This document shows, one piece after another, positions 1 through 7,803 of a stretch of DNA of 64,000 nucleotides. Source of the stretch: an uncultured Eubacteriales bacterium (GTDB lineage: Bacteria > Bacillota > Clostridia > Christensenellales > Aristaeellaceae); contig CACYGY010000003.1 of the NCBI GenBank assembly GCA_902774025.1, forward strand, positions 17,480 through 81,479, in the 5' to 3' direction. Under the pieces are notes generated by a model that was not told the origin of the DNA, searched no databases, and was given only the letters and a program-made list of their open reading frames with translations. How positions within the stretch are numbered: the first letter of the stretch is position 1; every line of letters starts with the position of its first letter. Made by a program: the position numbers and the translations under genes.

Positions 1-555
1 ACGGAAGATATTCAGTTTGTGATGGCTCAGCTGCTGAAGGGCAGACGGGCTTACTACTGCCACAAAGCCGTCACCTTTGATGAAAGACTCGTGGGATACC
101 GGGAGTCGCGCGGTCAGCTGACCCGGTGGACCCAGGGGTTTGAGCAGGTTGTTTTTTCCTACGGTCCCGCTCTTGTGAAAAGAATCTTCACACAGCGTGA
201 TTTTTCCAGCTATGATCTGCTGGTGAGCTATTTCCCCGTTGGGATGTTTATGGGTCTCTCGTGGGCGGTGAGCCTTGTGGGAGGCGTTCTTGCGGGCCTG
301 GTTTCGGGGAGTTTCGCGGGTGTGCAGTGGCCGATTCTGTGGAGCCTTGCGGTTCCGTTCCTGATTCTCCTTACCATGGGTGCACTGACGATTCTGTGCG
401 AGTGGAAACGGATTCAGATGCCGTGCATGAAAAAGATCCTGGCGGCTTTCGCGTATCCCGTCTACATGATCATGCTGGTGGAGATCTCTTTCGCTTCACC
501 CTTTCGTCCCAGGCAGTGGAGGGAAACCTCCCGCAATATGAAGCGGACGAGGTGA
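1..555 (+). CDS. Family-2 glycosyltransferase, C-terminal part (gene starts upstream of the window)
   Basis: Frame 1 is open from base 1 to the TGA at 553-555. It carries a processive-GT2 style QxxRW motif (GQLTRW) followed by several hydrophobic helices. A terminator hairpin follows. Confidence 0.6.
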   Translation, partial: TEDIQFVMAQLLKGRRAYYCHKAVTFDERLVGYRESRGQLTRWTQGFEQVVFSYGPALVKRIFTQRDFSSYDLLVSYFPVGMFMGLSWAVSLVGGVLAGLVSGSFAGVQWPILWSLAVPFLILLTMGALTILCEWKRIQMPCMKKILAAFAYPVYMIMLVEISFASPFRPRQWRETSRNMKRTR

Positions 556-626
556 TCAGGAGGAGGACCGGACAGGATTTTCCGGGCGATGCCTCCGGCC
601 GGGTTTGCGGATCATGCCGGGACAGG

Positions 627-660
627 AAAAAAGAACAGCCTCAGGCTGCTCTTTTTTTTC
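627..660. terminator. Bidirectional intrinsic terminator between the convergent GT2 and DUF3021-like genes
   Basis: Stem AGAACAGCC/GGCTGCTCT (one mismatch) flanked by AAAAAA and TTTTTTTT. Confidence 0.7.
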
Positions 661-709
661 AGGGACCCTTCTGTCCGTGTCGGTCAAAGGCGGACCGGAA
701 GCCGGGGCG

Positions 710-1174
710 TTATTCTTCGGGAGAGGCCGGAGAATCGGGATGGGAGTGTTTCCACCTCCGAAGCTCAGCGTTCATGCTGCGGACCTTGCGCCGGTAGGAT
801 ATGTAATAGGCGAGCCAGATGAGAAAGTAGACGAAGACAAACCCGGCGGTGATGATCCAGAAGAAAGGATCTCCCGGATGGAACCATCCTGTGGTCATGC
901 CCAGGATATAGAAACTGATGAGGGTAATCAGAAAATGAATGACGGTGGCGCGCGCAATACTGAATTTTTCGATGTCATACACGATCTGGGATCCGACGCA
1001 CAGAGCACCATGAAGAGCACAGTGGACAAGATAGGCCACTGCGGCCCATGGGGCCCGCAGTCCCACGTAGGTTTCAGGTGGTTTTCCGAAAAGAATGAAG
1101 CCGATACCGATCAGAAGACCGAGAACAGCGCCTACTGCGGATTTTATAAGTACTCTCTTTTTGATTTCACTCAT
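710..1174 (-). CDS. Small polytopic membrane protein (DUF3021-like), partner of the upstream LytTR regulator
   Basis: ORF track gives 710..1216, but its first codon is TTG; the first ATG (MSEIKK) is at 1174. Four hydrophobic segments. It lies 58 nt downstream of the LytTR gene on the same strand. Confidence 0.6.
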   Translation of the reverse strand: MSEIKKRVLIKSAVGAVLGLLIGIGFILFGKPPETYVGLRAPWAAVAYLVHCALHGALCVGSQIVYDIEKFSIARATVIHFLITLISFYILGMTTGWFHPGDPFFWIITAGFVFVYFLIWLAYYISYRRKVRSMNAELRRWKHSHPDSPASPEE

Positions 1175-1232
1175 GACAATAATCCGAACCTCCTGCTCAC
1201 AGGGTGGGAAACTCAAACTGTTTTCTGCCTGC

Positions 1233-1697
1233 TCATTGCTGTGTCAGCCTGTGCTTGATGGACTGAACATATCTCCGCGCAACCCAGGTTGAGCTGCCGT
1301 CCGTAAAGGTAACCCGGATGGTGCCTGAAAGATTGAAGTCAAAACCGGACACCATATTCAGGTTGACAATCTCGAAACGGCTGATGCGCATGAACCAGTC
1401 TTCGTCCAGAATTTCTTCCAGCTCCCGCAGAGGACAGCGCACCTCATAATCCCCTGTATGAGTGCAGACAATCAGTTTCCGGGTTTCCGTGTAGACCCGG
1501 ATGATATCCCGCTGACTGACCAGACGCATGACGCTTCCCTGATAGGCCGTGATCTTATGGCGTTCCCGTTCGGCGTGACGTTCAATGGCGGCTATGATCT
1601 GATCCACAGCGGCTGTCTTTTCCTTTGCCCGGATGATCACCTCAGGGATCTGGCATGAGGGATCGATTTCGGTTCGGATGATCACCTTGTTCTTCAT
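1233..1697 (-). CDS. LytTR-family DNA-binding protein without a receiver domain
   Basis: The C-terminal half (WFMRISRFEIVNLNMV...TFTDGSSTWVARRY) fits the LytTR domain pattern. The ATG at 1697 (MKNKV) is preceded by GAGAGGAA; the track start at 1715 is a GTG with no SD. Confidence 0.7.
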   Translation of the reverse strand: MKNKVIIRTEIDPSCQIPEVIIRAKEKTAAVDQIIAAIERHAERERHKITAYQGSVMRLVSQRDIIRVYTETRKLIVCTHTGDYEVRCPLRELEEILDEDWFMRISRFEIVNLNMVSGFDFNLSGTIRVTFTDGSSTWVARRYVQSIKHRLTQQ

Positions 1698-1769
1698 GAT
1701 TTTCCTCTCAATCACTGCTTGATGGACCGAGGCGGCTTTTCACCGTGTGAAGGCCTGACAGTCCCTGAT

Positions 1770-1783
1770 ATCATACATCATAC
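1770..1783. repeat. Tandem heptamer ATCATAC x2 in the LytTR/GH31 divergent intergenic region
   Basis: Read directly. It lies between a TTGACA hexamer (minus strand) and the LytTR gene. Confidence 0.6.
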
Positions 1784-1853
1784 AGATTGTCAACGCTCCC
1801 CGCGCCATCCGCGGCTGCATGTGCTGAGGAGGAGGCGGTCTATTGTTATTTTG

Positions 1854-1867
1854 TCATGTTTCATGTA
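1854..1867. repeat. Tandem heptamer TCATGTT/TCATGTA, related to the 1770-1783 pair (core TCATRY)
   Basis: Read directly, 84 nt from the first pair and overlapping a possible GH31 promoter (TTGTTA, 17-nt spacer, TACCAT). Confidence 0.55.
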
Positions 1868-1946
1868 CCATCTCCTCAGAAAGACGCTCGGGCGATGCCT
1901 GAGGGGATCTTTCGGGATATCGGACAAACGGGAGGAGAAAAGAAGC

Positions 1947-3944
1947 GTGGTCAGGAAATATGTGATCGGAAATCCTTTTCCCACGGAAGCGGTGGTGCAG
2001 GAATTTCCACCCGAAAAAGGCCTGCCGGAGCAGGTCAGAATCAGCACGGACAATGGATTTGAACTGACCTGTTCCCTGGAAGACGGGGACCGGGTATACG
2101 GACTGGGAGAAAATGTCAGGGGAATCAACAAGCGGGGTTTCCGCTATATCAGCGACTGCGCGGATGCGCCGCACCATTATGAGGATGTGTCTTCCCTGTA
2201 CGCGGCGCACAATTTCCTGATTGTCGCGGGTCATCGCACCTTTGGTCTGTTCCTGGATTATCCGGCGACCATGACCTTTGATGTGGGCTATGAAAAGATG
2301 GATGAACTGCGCATCACCTGCGACCGGGCGGATTTGGATCTGTATGTGCTGGACGGGGACAGTCCCCAGGACATTGTCCACACTTTCCGCTGCATGATCG
2401 GGCGCAGCTACATTCCCCCGAGGTTTGCCTTCGGGTTCGGGCAGAGCCGCTGGGGATACATGAATGAGGACGATATCCGGGATGTGGTCAGAAAACACCG
2501 GGAAGCCCATGTGCCGCTGGATATGGTCTACATGGATATCGACTACATGGAGCGGTACAAGGATTTTACCGTCAACGCCGAACGGTACCCGGATTTTCCG
2601 GCGTTTGTGGAGGAAATGCGCAGGGAGCATGTGCGCCTCATTCCCATTATTGACGCGGGCGTCAAGATAGAAAAGGGATACGGCACCTACGAGGAAGGGG
2701 TGGCAGGCAATTATTTCTGCAAGAACGCCAGGGGTGAGGATTTTGTGGGGGAAGTGTGGCCCGGATGGGTTCATTTCCCGGACGTGCTGAATCCTGAGGC
2801 CCGGGAATGGTTCGGCGGACAGTACCGTTTTCTGGTGGACCAGGGCATTGAGGGTTTCTGGAACGACATGAATGAGCCCTCGATCTTCAAAACCCCGGAA
2901 GGGGAAGCCGAAGCCAAGGAAGCGGCCCGACGCTTTGCGGACGCGCCTGCTCCGGCATCCACGGGAGAACTGCAGGCGGCCTTGCGCGCGCTTCCCAACA
3001 GTCATGAAAACTTCAGGCGGTTTTTCCACAGAGTGGGTGACCGGATGGTCTGTCATGATGATGTCCACAATCTCTTCGGCTACAACATGACCCGTGCGGC
3101 GGGAGAGGCTTTTGAACGCATGTATCCGGACCGGCGGATTCTTCTCTTCTCCCGTTCCTCCTATGTGGGCATGCACCGCTACGGCGGCATCTGGCAGGGA
3201 GACAATTATTCCTGGTGGTCTCATCTGCTTCTGAACCTGAAGATGATGCCGTCCCTGAACATGGTGGGATTCCTGTACACCGGGGCGGATCTTGGTGGCT
3301 TTGGCTCCAACTGCAGCCGGGATCTGGTGCTGAGATGGCTGGCACTGGGGGTTTTCACGCCCCTGATGCGGAACCATTCAGCCATACGAACCCGGGAGCA
3401 GGAGTTTTACCGTTTCGAGCGTCCGGAAGACTTCCGCGCCGTCATCTCCGTCCGCTATCGCCTCCTGCCGTATCTCTACAGCGAGTACATGAAGGCTGCC
3501 CTTGGCAATGACATGATGTTCAGGCCTCTGGCCTTTGTGTACCCGGAGGATCCGGTTGCCGTGGAAATTGAGGACCAGCTGATGCTGGGGGACGAGATCA
3601 TGATTGCGCCGGTGTACCAGCAGAACATGTCCGGGAGGTTTGTCTATCTGCCCGAAACCATGATGCTGCTGCGCTTCCTCCCGGACGGAAGACTGGAGGA
3701 AACGGTCCTTGAGAAGGGCAGCCACTACATTCCCGTGGCCCTGAACGAGGTGATTCTGCTGATCCGGCAGGGACGTGCCCTGCCTCTGGGGGATGTGTTT
3801 GAATATGAGGAAGCCGTGGATGACTCAGACCTGGTCATGCATGGGTTCCCTGGAGCTTCCTATGAGCTTTACAGCGATGACGGCATGACCCGGATGTATG
3901 ACCGCCCCGAAAACCGCCGGACGCTGCATATGCCGGAGACGTGA
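1947..3944 (+). CDS. GH31 alpha-glucosidase
   Basis: Contains the GH31 catalytic-nucleophile signature WNDMNEP, and a length of about 665 aa is typical. The in-frame GTG at 1947 lies 9 nt after GGAGGAG (1931-1937). The TTG-started extension 1719-1946 is Arg/Cys-rich and looks non-coding. Confidence 0.85.
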   Translation: MVRKYVIGNPFPTEAVVQEFPPEKGLPEQVRISTDNGFELTCSLEDGDRVYGLGENVRGINKRGFRYISDCADAPHHYEDVSSLYAAHNFLIVAGHRTFGLFLDYPATMTFDVGYEKMDELRITCDRADLDLYVLDGDSPQDIVHTFRCMIGRSYIPPRFAFGFGQSRWGYMNEDDIRDVVRKHREAHVPLDMVYMDIDYMERYKDFTVNAERYPDFPAFVEEMRREHVRLIPIIDAGVKIEKGYGTYEEGVAGNYFCKNARGEDFVGEVWPGWVHFPDVLNPEAREWFGGQYRFLVDQGIEGFWNDMNEPSIFKTPEGEAEAKEAARRFADAPAPASTGELQAALRALPNSHENFRRFFHRVGDRMVCHDDVHNLFGYNMTRAAGEAFERMYPDRRILLFSRSSYVGMHRYGGIWQGDNYSWWSHLLLNLKMMPSLNMVGFLYTGADLGGFGSNCSRDLVLRWLALGVFTPLMRNHSAIRTREQEFYRFERPEDFRAVISVRYRLLPYLYSEYMKAALGNDMMFRPLAFVYPEDPVAVEIEDQLMLGDEIMIAPVYQQNMSGRFVYLPETMMLLRFLPDGRLEETVLEKGSHYIPVALNEVILLIRQGRALPLGDVFEYEEAVDDSDLVMHGFPGASYELYSDDGMTRMYDRPENRRTLHMPET

Positions 3945-4009
3945 GCCGGTTTCGGGAATCTGTCCGCTCCCGCCGGGGCCGGAGCGATGAAAAGGACGGA
4001 GGGTCACCC

Positions 4010-4037
4010 TTGCAAGAGCGGGCAGAAATGATATACT
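4010..4037 (+). promoter_or_regulatory. Sigma-70 type promoter upstream of the ATPase/CYTH gene
   Basis: TTGCAA, 16-nt spacer, TGaTATACT (extended -10). Confidence 0.55.
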
Positions 4038-4149
4038 TGCCCAAGAAAGATAATGCTGATCAGGCCCGGCACCCGGCGGATCTTCAGACCGGACGTCTGC
4101 ATGCGGTGGATCCCGGGAACTGTCAGGGACCGAAGGAGATGGGGCTGGG

Positions 4150-5253
4150 ATGCAGATTCGCAAGATCGTGGTTACGGGCGGCCCCTGTGCGGGCAAGACC
4201 ACGGCCATGAGCTGGATTCAGAACGCCTTTACGGAACGGGGCTACAGGGTGCTGTTCATTCCTGAGACGGCGACGGAGTTTCTGACAGGCGGTGTGGCGC
4301 CCTGGACATGCGGGACCAATCTGGATTACCAGAAGGTACAGATGGAACTGCAGCTGAAGAAGGAAGAGCTGTTCATGAAGGCAGCCCGGACGATGGATGT
4401 GGACAGGATTCTGCTGGTATGCGACCGGGGCAGCATGGACAACAAGGCATACATGACCGACGCGGAGTTTCAGGCGGTTCTGAAGGATCTGAACCTGAAC
4501 GAGGTGGAGCTGCGGGACCAGTATGACGGCGTGTTTCACCTGGTGACGGCGGCCAATGGTGCTCTGTCGGCCTACTCCCAGGCCAACAATCATACAAGAT
4601 ACGAGACGGCGGATGAGGCGGTCCGGCTGGACCAGCGGCTGATTGCGGCCTGGAGCGGGCATCCTCACCTGCGGATTATCGACAACTCCACGGACTTTGA
4701 ACAGAAAATGCATCGTCTGCTGGAGGAGATCTCCCGTCTTCTGGGATCGGAGGACATCTATGCCAATGAGCGCAAGTATCTCATCCGCTACCCGGATGTG
4801 GAGTGGCTCAGGAAGCAGGAGAACTGCCGGCGGGTGGAAATCTTTCAGACCTATCTGAAGACGGAGGACGGACTGGACACGCGCATTCGTCAGCGGGGAG
4901 AGAACGGACATTATCTGTACTATGAAATGATCAAACGTCTCACGCCGGACGGTCACAGGGTGGAAACAGAGCGGCGGCTGAGCCAGAATGAATATCTGGA
5001 ACTGATGATGAACGCGGACACGTCCCGCCGCCAGATCCGGAAGACCCGCTATGTGCTGGCCACGCCGACCCAGTCCATTGAGGTTGACCTGTACCCCTTC
5101 TGGTCCCGTCAGGCCATTGCCAAGACCAGTGTGCGGGGAGAGGGAAAAGAAGTCACTTTTCCCCGTGAAATTCAGATGATCCGGGAAGTGACCGGCGAGG
5201 CCGCTTTCCGTAACTCATCCCTGGCCATGCATCCTCCGGAGGAGGAAGTGTGA
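4150..5253 (+). CDS. P-loop ATPase (NadR/AAA_28-like) fused to a C-terminal CYTH (triphosphate-tunnel) domain
   Basis: Walker A VVTGGPCAGKTT at the N-terminus and a Walker-B-like LLVCDRG. From about residue 203 the sequence shows a CYTH-like strand pattern (ANERKYLI, RIRQRG, ETERRL, KTRYVL, IEVDLYPF). Confidence 0.7.
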   Translation: MQIRKIVVTGGPCAGKTTAMSWIQNAFTERGYRVLFIPETATEFLTGGVAPWTCGTNLDYQKVQMELQLKKEELFMKAARTMDVDRILLVCDRGSMDNKAYMTDAEFQAVLKDLNLNEVELRDQYDGVFHLVTAANGALSAYSQANNHTRYETADEAVRLDQRLIAAWSGHPHLRIIDNSTDFEQKMHRLLEEISRLLGSEDIYANERKYLIRYPDVEWLRKQENCRRVEIFQTYLKTEDGLDTRIRQRGENGHYLYYEMIKRLTPDGHRVETERRLSQNEYLELMMNADTSRRQIRKTRYVLATPTQSIEVDLYPFWSRQAIAKTSVRGEGKEVTFPREIQMIREVTGEAAFRNSSLAMHPPEEEV

Positions 5254-5287
5254 CGAGGAAATGATCCAAAGAGAAAGGGTGAACGGT

Positions 5288-6235
5288 ATGAAGAGATTTC
5301 TGGCTGGTATTCTGGTCCTGATCATGCTGTGCATGGCGGGCATCACCGCCTCCTCTGAGGTCATCATTCCCATGACATGGGAGGAAGCACAGTCCATGTA
5401 CGTGACCAGTTCCGATCACGTTCTGTATATCCAGGAAGGCCGGTTCATAATCAAGGCTGTCTACGCCGACACCGGCCGTCTGTATATGGTGGAACGCGGC
5501 ACGACAATGGATGGCATATATTCCTACACCCGTTCCTTTTACGACGAGGCCGGCAATGTGGTGGAAACCACCTCAGGCTCTGAGGAAATCCAGCCCCTGA
5601 TGCAGACCACCCTTGTCCGGGATTATTCGGGCAGTGTCATCGGCGTGCGCTGCACCATCGGTACGGAAGGCTATATGGTGGCCTATGGCATGGTTTTCCG
5701 TCTGGTGAATTACAACGACACATGGTATCAGTATCCCTGCGAAAGCTTCGACTCTGTTCCGGAACCCTACCGTACGGCCATGCTGAACGTGTATCCCTAC
5801 ATCGATCCCTATCCGCCCATCGGCCCTGTTGTCAAGGCTGGCTGGGAACAGGTCGGGAAGCAGTGGAAATACAAAATGGCAGACGGCACCTATGCCAGGG
5901 AACGCTGGCTGCAGGTGGACGGCAAATGGTATTATTTCGAATCCAACGGCATCATGAAGGCCAATGCATGGCAGGGCGACTACTATCTTACCGGTGACGG
6001 CAGCATGGCTGTGAGCACCTGGATTGGGCCGTACTATGTGGATGCCTCCGGAAAGTGGGTCCCCGAAATGTCCCGGTGGTATCAGGAGAACGGCCGCTGG
6101 AAGTACGGGACCCTCAAGTCCTGCTGGAAACAGATTGACGGCAAATGGTATTATTTTGACGCCAATGGTTACATGGTTACCAACACGACCATTGACGGGT
6201 ACAGGATTGGACCCGACGGCGTGTGGATTCCCTGA
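5288..6235 (+). CDS. Secreted protein with C-terminal cell-wall (choline)-binding type repeats
   Basis: Signal peptide MKRFLAGILVLIMLCMAGITASS. The C-terminal half consists of about 20-aa aromatic repeats (GKWYYFESNGIM, GKWYYFDANGYMV, WKYKMADGTY). ATG 5288 has a better SD (AAAGGGTG) than ATG 5261. Confidence 0.7.
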   Translation: MKRFLAGILVLIMLCMAGITASSEVIIPMTWEEAQSMYVTSSDHVLYIQEGRFIIKAVYADTGRLYMVERGTTMDGIYSYTRSFYDEAGNVVETTSGSEEIQPLMQTTLVRDYSGSVIGVRCTIGTEGYMVAYGMVFRLVNYNDTWYQYPCESFDSVPEPYRTAMLNVYPYIDPYPPIGPVVKAGWEQVGKQWKYKMADGTYARERWLQVDGKWYYFESNGIMKANAWQGDYYLTGDGSMAVSTWIGPYYVDASGKWVPEMSRWYQENGRWKYGTLKSCWKQIDGKWYYFDANGYMVTNTTIDGYRIGPDGVWIP

Positions 6236-6281
6236 TTCCTCTTCATGAGGGGGAAGAAGGACAATGAAGGAAAGGAGAAGC

Positions 6282-6440
6282 ATGATGGATAAGTACGAGT
6301 GCCCCTGCGGCTATGTGTATGATCCCGAAGTCGGAGACCCGGACAACGGTATCGCTCCCGGCACCGCCTGGGAAGACGTACCCGAGGACTGGACGTGCCC
6401 TACCTGCGGTCTGGGCAAGGATGCCTTTACCAAAGTATAA
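6282..6440 (+). CDS. Rubredoxin (52 aa, absent from the ORF track because it is under 60 aa)
   Basis: Translation [52 protein letters not shown] aligns along its whole length with clostridial rubredoxins. AAAGGAG lies just upstream and an intrinsic terminator follows. Alternative in-frame ATGs are at 6264 and 6285. Confidence 0.85.
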   Translation: MMDKYECPCGYVYDPEVGDPDNGIAPGTAWEDVPEDWTCPTCGLGKDAFTKV

Positions 6441-6447
6441 GACCCGC

Positions 6448-6479
6448 GCGGCTGCCCTGAGGCAGCCGCTTCTTTTTTC
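6448..6479 (+). terminator. Intrinsic terminator after rubredoxin
   Basis: GCGGCTGCC-CTGA-GGCAGCCGC followed by TTCTTTTTTC. Confidence 0.85.
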
Positions 6480-6515
6480 AGGCATGGCCAAGGTCAGGGA
6501 TGCTCTGTGGCCGTC

Positions 6516-6544
6516 TTGCAATCCGGATGGAATCATGTTAGGAT
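6516..6544 (+). promoter_or_regulatory. Promoter upstream of the zinc-ribbon secreted protein gene
   Basis: TTGCAA, 17-nt spacer, TGtTAGGAT. Confidence 0.5.
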
Positions 6545-6603
6545 AGGACATACTTAGGCGCGTCTTTTGACCGGTTTGGACAACAGGGAAGAGGGAGTGG
6601 GTT

Positions 6604-7605
6604 ATGAGCGGAAGAAAAACAGGAATTCTGTCGGTTGTGTGCGTCCTCGCGCTGGTCTTCTGCCTGGGAGCGGCGTCGGCGGAGAGCGTTGACTGGACCT
6701 GCCCGAACTGCGGTCAGGAGCATAACAGCGGACTGTTCTGTCCGGAATGCGGCACAGCCCGGCCGGAGGACAGCTGGACCTGTTCCGGCTGCGGCCAGAC
6801 CGGCAACAAGGGAAAGTTCTGTACCAATTGCGGAAATGCGAGGGGCAGCGGAGACACATCCGCCGCGTCCGCACACTCCGCAGCCTCCTCCACGGCCGCG
6901 TCCGCGGTCCTCAATTCCTCAGTTTCCTGCAGCATGGGCAGAACGACAATCCGCTGGACCGGGGGCAGCGGCGCATCGTACTACGTTGTGGCCGTGGCGG
7001 AGAACGGTGATGTGGAACAGGATATCATGGTTCTCGGGATGTCGGATACCTCCGTTGCCACAAACGCCCTGATGCCCGGGAAACAGTATACGGTCTACCT
7101 GCTGGACGAGGATTTTCAGGTGATCGTGGATCAGAAAACCATAAGGATTCCGGAGGCTGGAACGTTTGAGGATGGGAAGCTCACGAACAATTCCGTCAAG
7201 GTAAGCATCGAACCCAGATGCCTGCCGTCGGGCACTGATGAGCAGAAGGCCAGGGGTGTGAACAGTCTTTCCGCCTCAAAGATCATCAGCGGACTGGAGA
7301 GCGGCAGTGAGTCCTACGGTTACAGGTATACCATCAGGATGCCGCAGCTTGCCAAGCAGAGGAACTATTACGCGACGATTTACATGGAAGCACCGAACGG
7401 GTACCTGGATTCCCTCGGCGGAACAGAGGTTACCTTCAGTCAGGTGACGGACGGCTATGAGACGTTCTGGTTTTATTTCCTCGGCAGTTCCTTCTTCTCG
7501 GACATGTACGAGAATACGGGGAGCGTACCGGCGGGAGACTATACCGTAACCATGTACTGGGACGGCATGCTGGTGAATCAGAGCACCCTCAGGGTCGCCC
7601 CCTGA
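6604..7605 (+). CDS. Signal-peptide protein with two tandem zinc-ribbon motifs and a C-terminal beta-rich domain
   Basis: N-terminus MSGRKTGILSVVCVLALVFCLGAASA-ES is followed by CPNCG..CPECG and CSGCG..CTNCG, a Ser/Ala linker and a domain of about 230 aa. It has its own promoter and SD. Confidence 0.6.
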   Translation: MSGRKTGILSVVCVLALVFCLGAASAESVDWTCPNCGQEHNSGLFCPECGTARPEDSWTCSGCGQTGNKGKFCTNCGNARGSGDTSAASAHSAASSTAASAVLNSSVSCSMGRTTIRWTGGSGASYYVVAVAENGDVEQDIMVLGMSDTSVATNALMPGKQYTVYLLDEDFQVIVDQKTIRIPEAGTFEDGKLTNNSVKVSIEPRCLPSGTDEQKARGVNSLSASKIISGLESGSESYGYRYTIRMPQLAKQRNYYATIYMEAPNGYLDSLGGTEVTFSQVTDGYETFWFYFLGSSFFSDMYENTGSVPAGDYTVTMYWDGMLVNQSTLRVAP

Positions 7606-7633
7606 GGCGTTATCCGGCCAGTGCCAGGCGGAC

Positions 7634-7670
7634 GGGAGATGCATGCTGCAGGTGCATCTCCCTTTGCGTT
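7634..7670 (+). terminator. Possible terminator after the zinc-ribbon protein gene
   Basis: 10-bp stem GGGAGATGCA/TGCATCTCCC followed by only a short TTTGCGTT tract. Confidence 0.35.
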
Positions 7671-7734
7671 GCCGGGTTTCCTGGTCTTTTTCTGTTTTTC
7701 TCCCCCGCTGGCCGTCGCCCTCCCCGGGCCGGAA

Positions 7735-7762
7735 TTGACAAGGGAATCCCCTATGATACAAT
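7735..7762 (+). promoter_or_regulatory. Promoter of the DUF3842 / ECF S component pair
   Basis: TTGACA, 16-nt spacer, TGaTACAAT. This leaves a leader of only about 35 nt. Confidence 0.65.
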
Positions 7763-7803
7763 CGCACCGTTGATTCGGAGGAGGACTTTGAGGAGGCCGG
7801 ACT

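Noticed and set aside
1719-1946. An N-terminal extension of the GH31 ORF (TTG start, 76 extra residues).
   Set aside because: The extension is Arg/Cys/His-rich with no SD. It overlaps the intergenic promoter region shared with the LytTR gene. An in-frame GTG with a GGAGGAG SD at 1947 gives a normal-length GH31.
6264-6281. An alternative upstream in-frame ATG that would add MKERRS to the rubredoxin.
   Set aside because: Rubredoxins start one to three residues before the K-Y-x-C motif, and the AAAGGAG SD lies inside this extension. The 6282 or 6285 start is favoured.
7606-7803. A possible riboswitch upstream of the DUF3842 / ECF S component pair.
   Set aside because: The near-consensus promoter at 7735-7762 leaves only about 35 nt of leader, too short for an aptamer. 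The upstream part is explained by the terminator-like hairpin of the preceding gene.
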